Source: a virus (lineage: Duplodnaviria > Heunggongvirae > Uroviricota > Caudoviricetes). Taken from it: a stretch of 14,727 nt of DNA. The stretch covers positions 1-14,727 of the IMG/VR virus record IMGVR_UViG_651053023_000012. One strand, given 5' to 3'. The translations under genes were made by a program, and so were the position numbers. This document shows, piece by piece, positions 14,509 through 14,727 of this stretch. The notes beneath the pieces are model-generated. The model was given only the letters and a program-made list of their open reading frames with translations, was not told the origin of the DNA and ran no database searches. Each line of letters opens with the position of its first letter. Positions within the stretch are counted from its first letter, which is position 1.

Positions 14509-14727
14509 ATGCAGAAACGAGAACCCGTCATAATCGCGCCAGACTATACCGATGATGAACTTTATGAGTGGATGCGCCAGAAAATTAATGCAGCGCAGGA
14601 TCTGAAATGGGCTAATGAAGCCAGGGCTAAGCAGGCTGAAAATCTGTCCGCTCTGGAGCAGGATATCACCAATCTGGAAAAAGCAGCGGCATTAAGCATT
14701 GCCAGAATGATTACATACCCGCGTTAA
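14509..14727 (+). CDS. Hypothetical early-left operon protein (72 aa); its stop coincides with the window end.
   Basis: Open reading frame in the same operon orientation as the YdaF/YdaG-like genes. No recognisable motif. Confidence 0.45.
   Translation: MQKREPVIIAPDYTDDELYEWMRQKINAAQDLKWANEARAKQAENLSALEQDITNLEKAAALSIARMITYPR

Overview
This window reads as a segment of a degraded (cryptic) lambdoid prophage of the enterobacterial Rac/Qin type, transcribed mostly on the minus strand. All family assignments come from reading translations and motifs by eye; no database search or computed GC was possible, and family names recalled from memory are hedged. Left to right: a tail fiber assembly gene; a chimeric tail-fiber/J-like ORF whose 5' end is a terminase small-subunit (Nu1-like) remnant; AT-rich cargo on the plus strand (a small ORF and a frameshifted SixA-like histidine phosphatase); a lysis cassette (holin-like protein, small membrane protein, M15-peptidase endolysin) preceded by two terminators; a cluster of three tRNAs plus one non-canonical tRNA-like element; an AraC/AppY-like regulator; a late promoter and terminator below a Q-like antiterminator; RusA; a DUF968-like zinc-finger protein; a lipoprotein moron; a hokD-like type I toxin; an AT-rich, oppositely oriented gene with an McrA-type HNH nuclease motif and an unrecognised C-terminal domain; a replication module with iterons inside the gene; YdaT-like and YdaS-like (Cro analogue) genes; a divergent RacR-like repressor flanked by ATACCCA operator repeats; and small YdaF/YdaG-like genes. 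The HNH gene is the best candidate for an undescribed defence or toxin module. No CRISPR array, integrase or IS element was seen.
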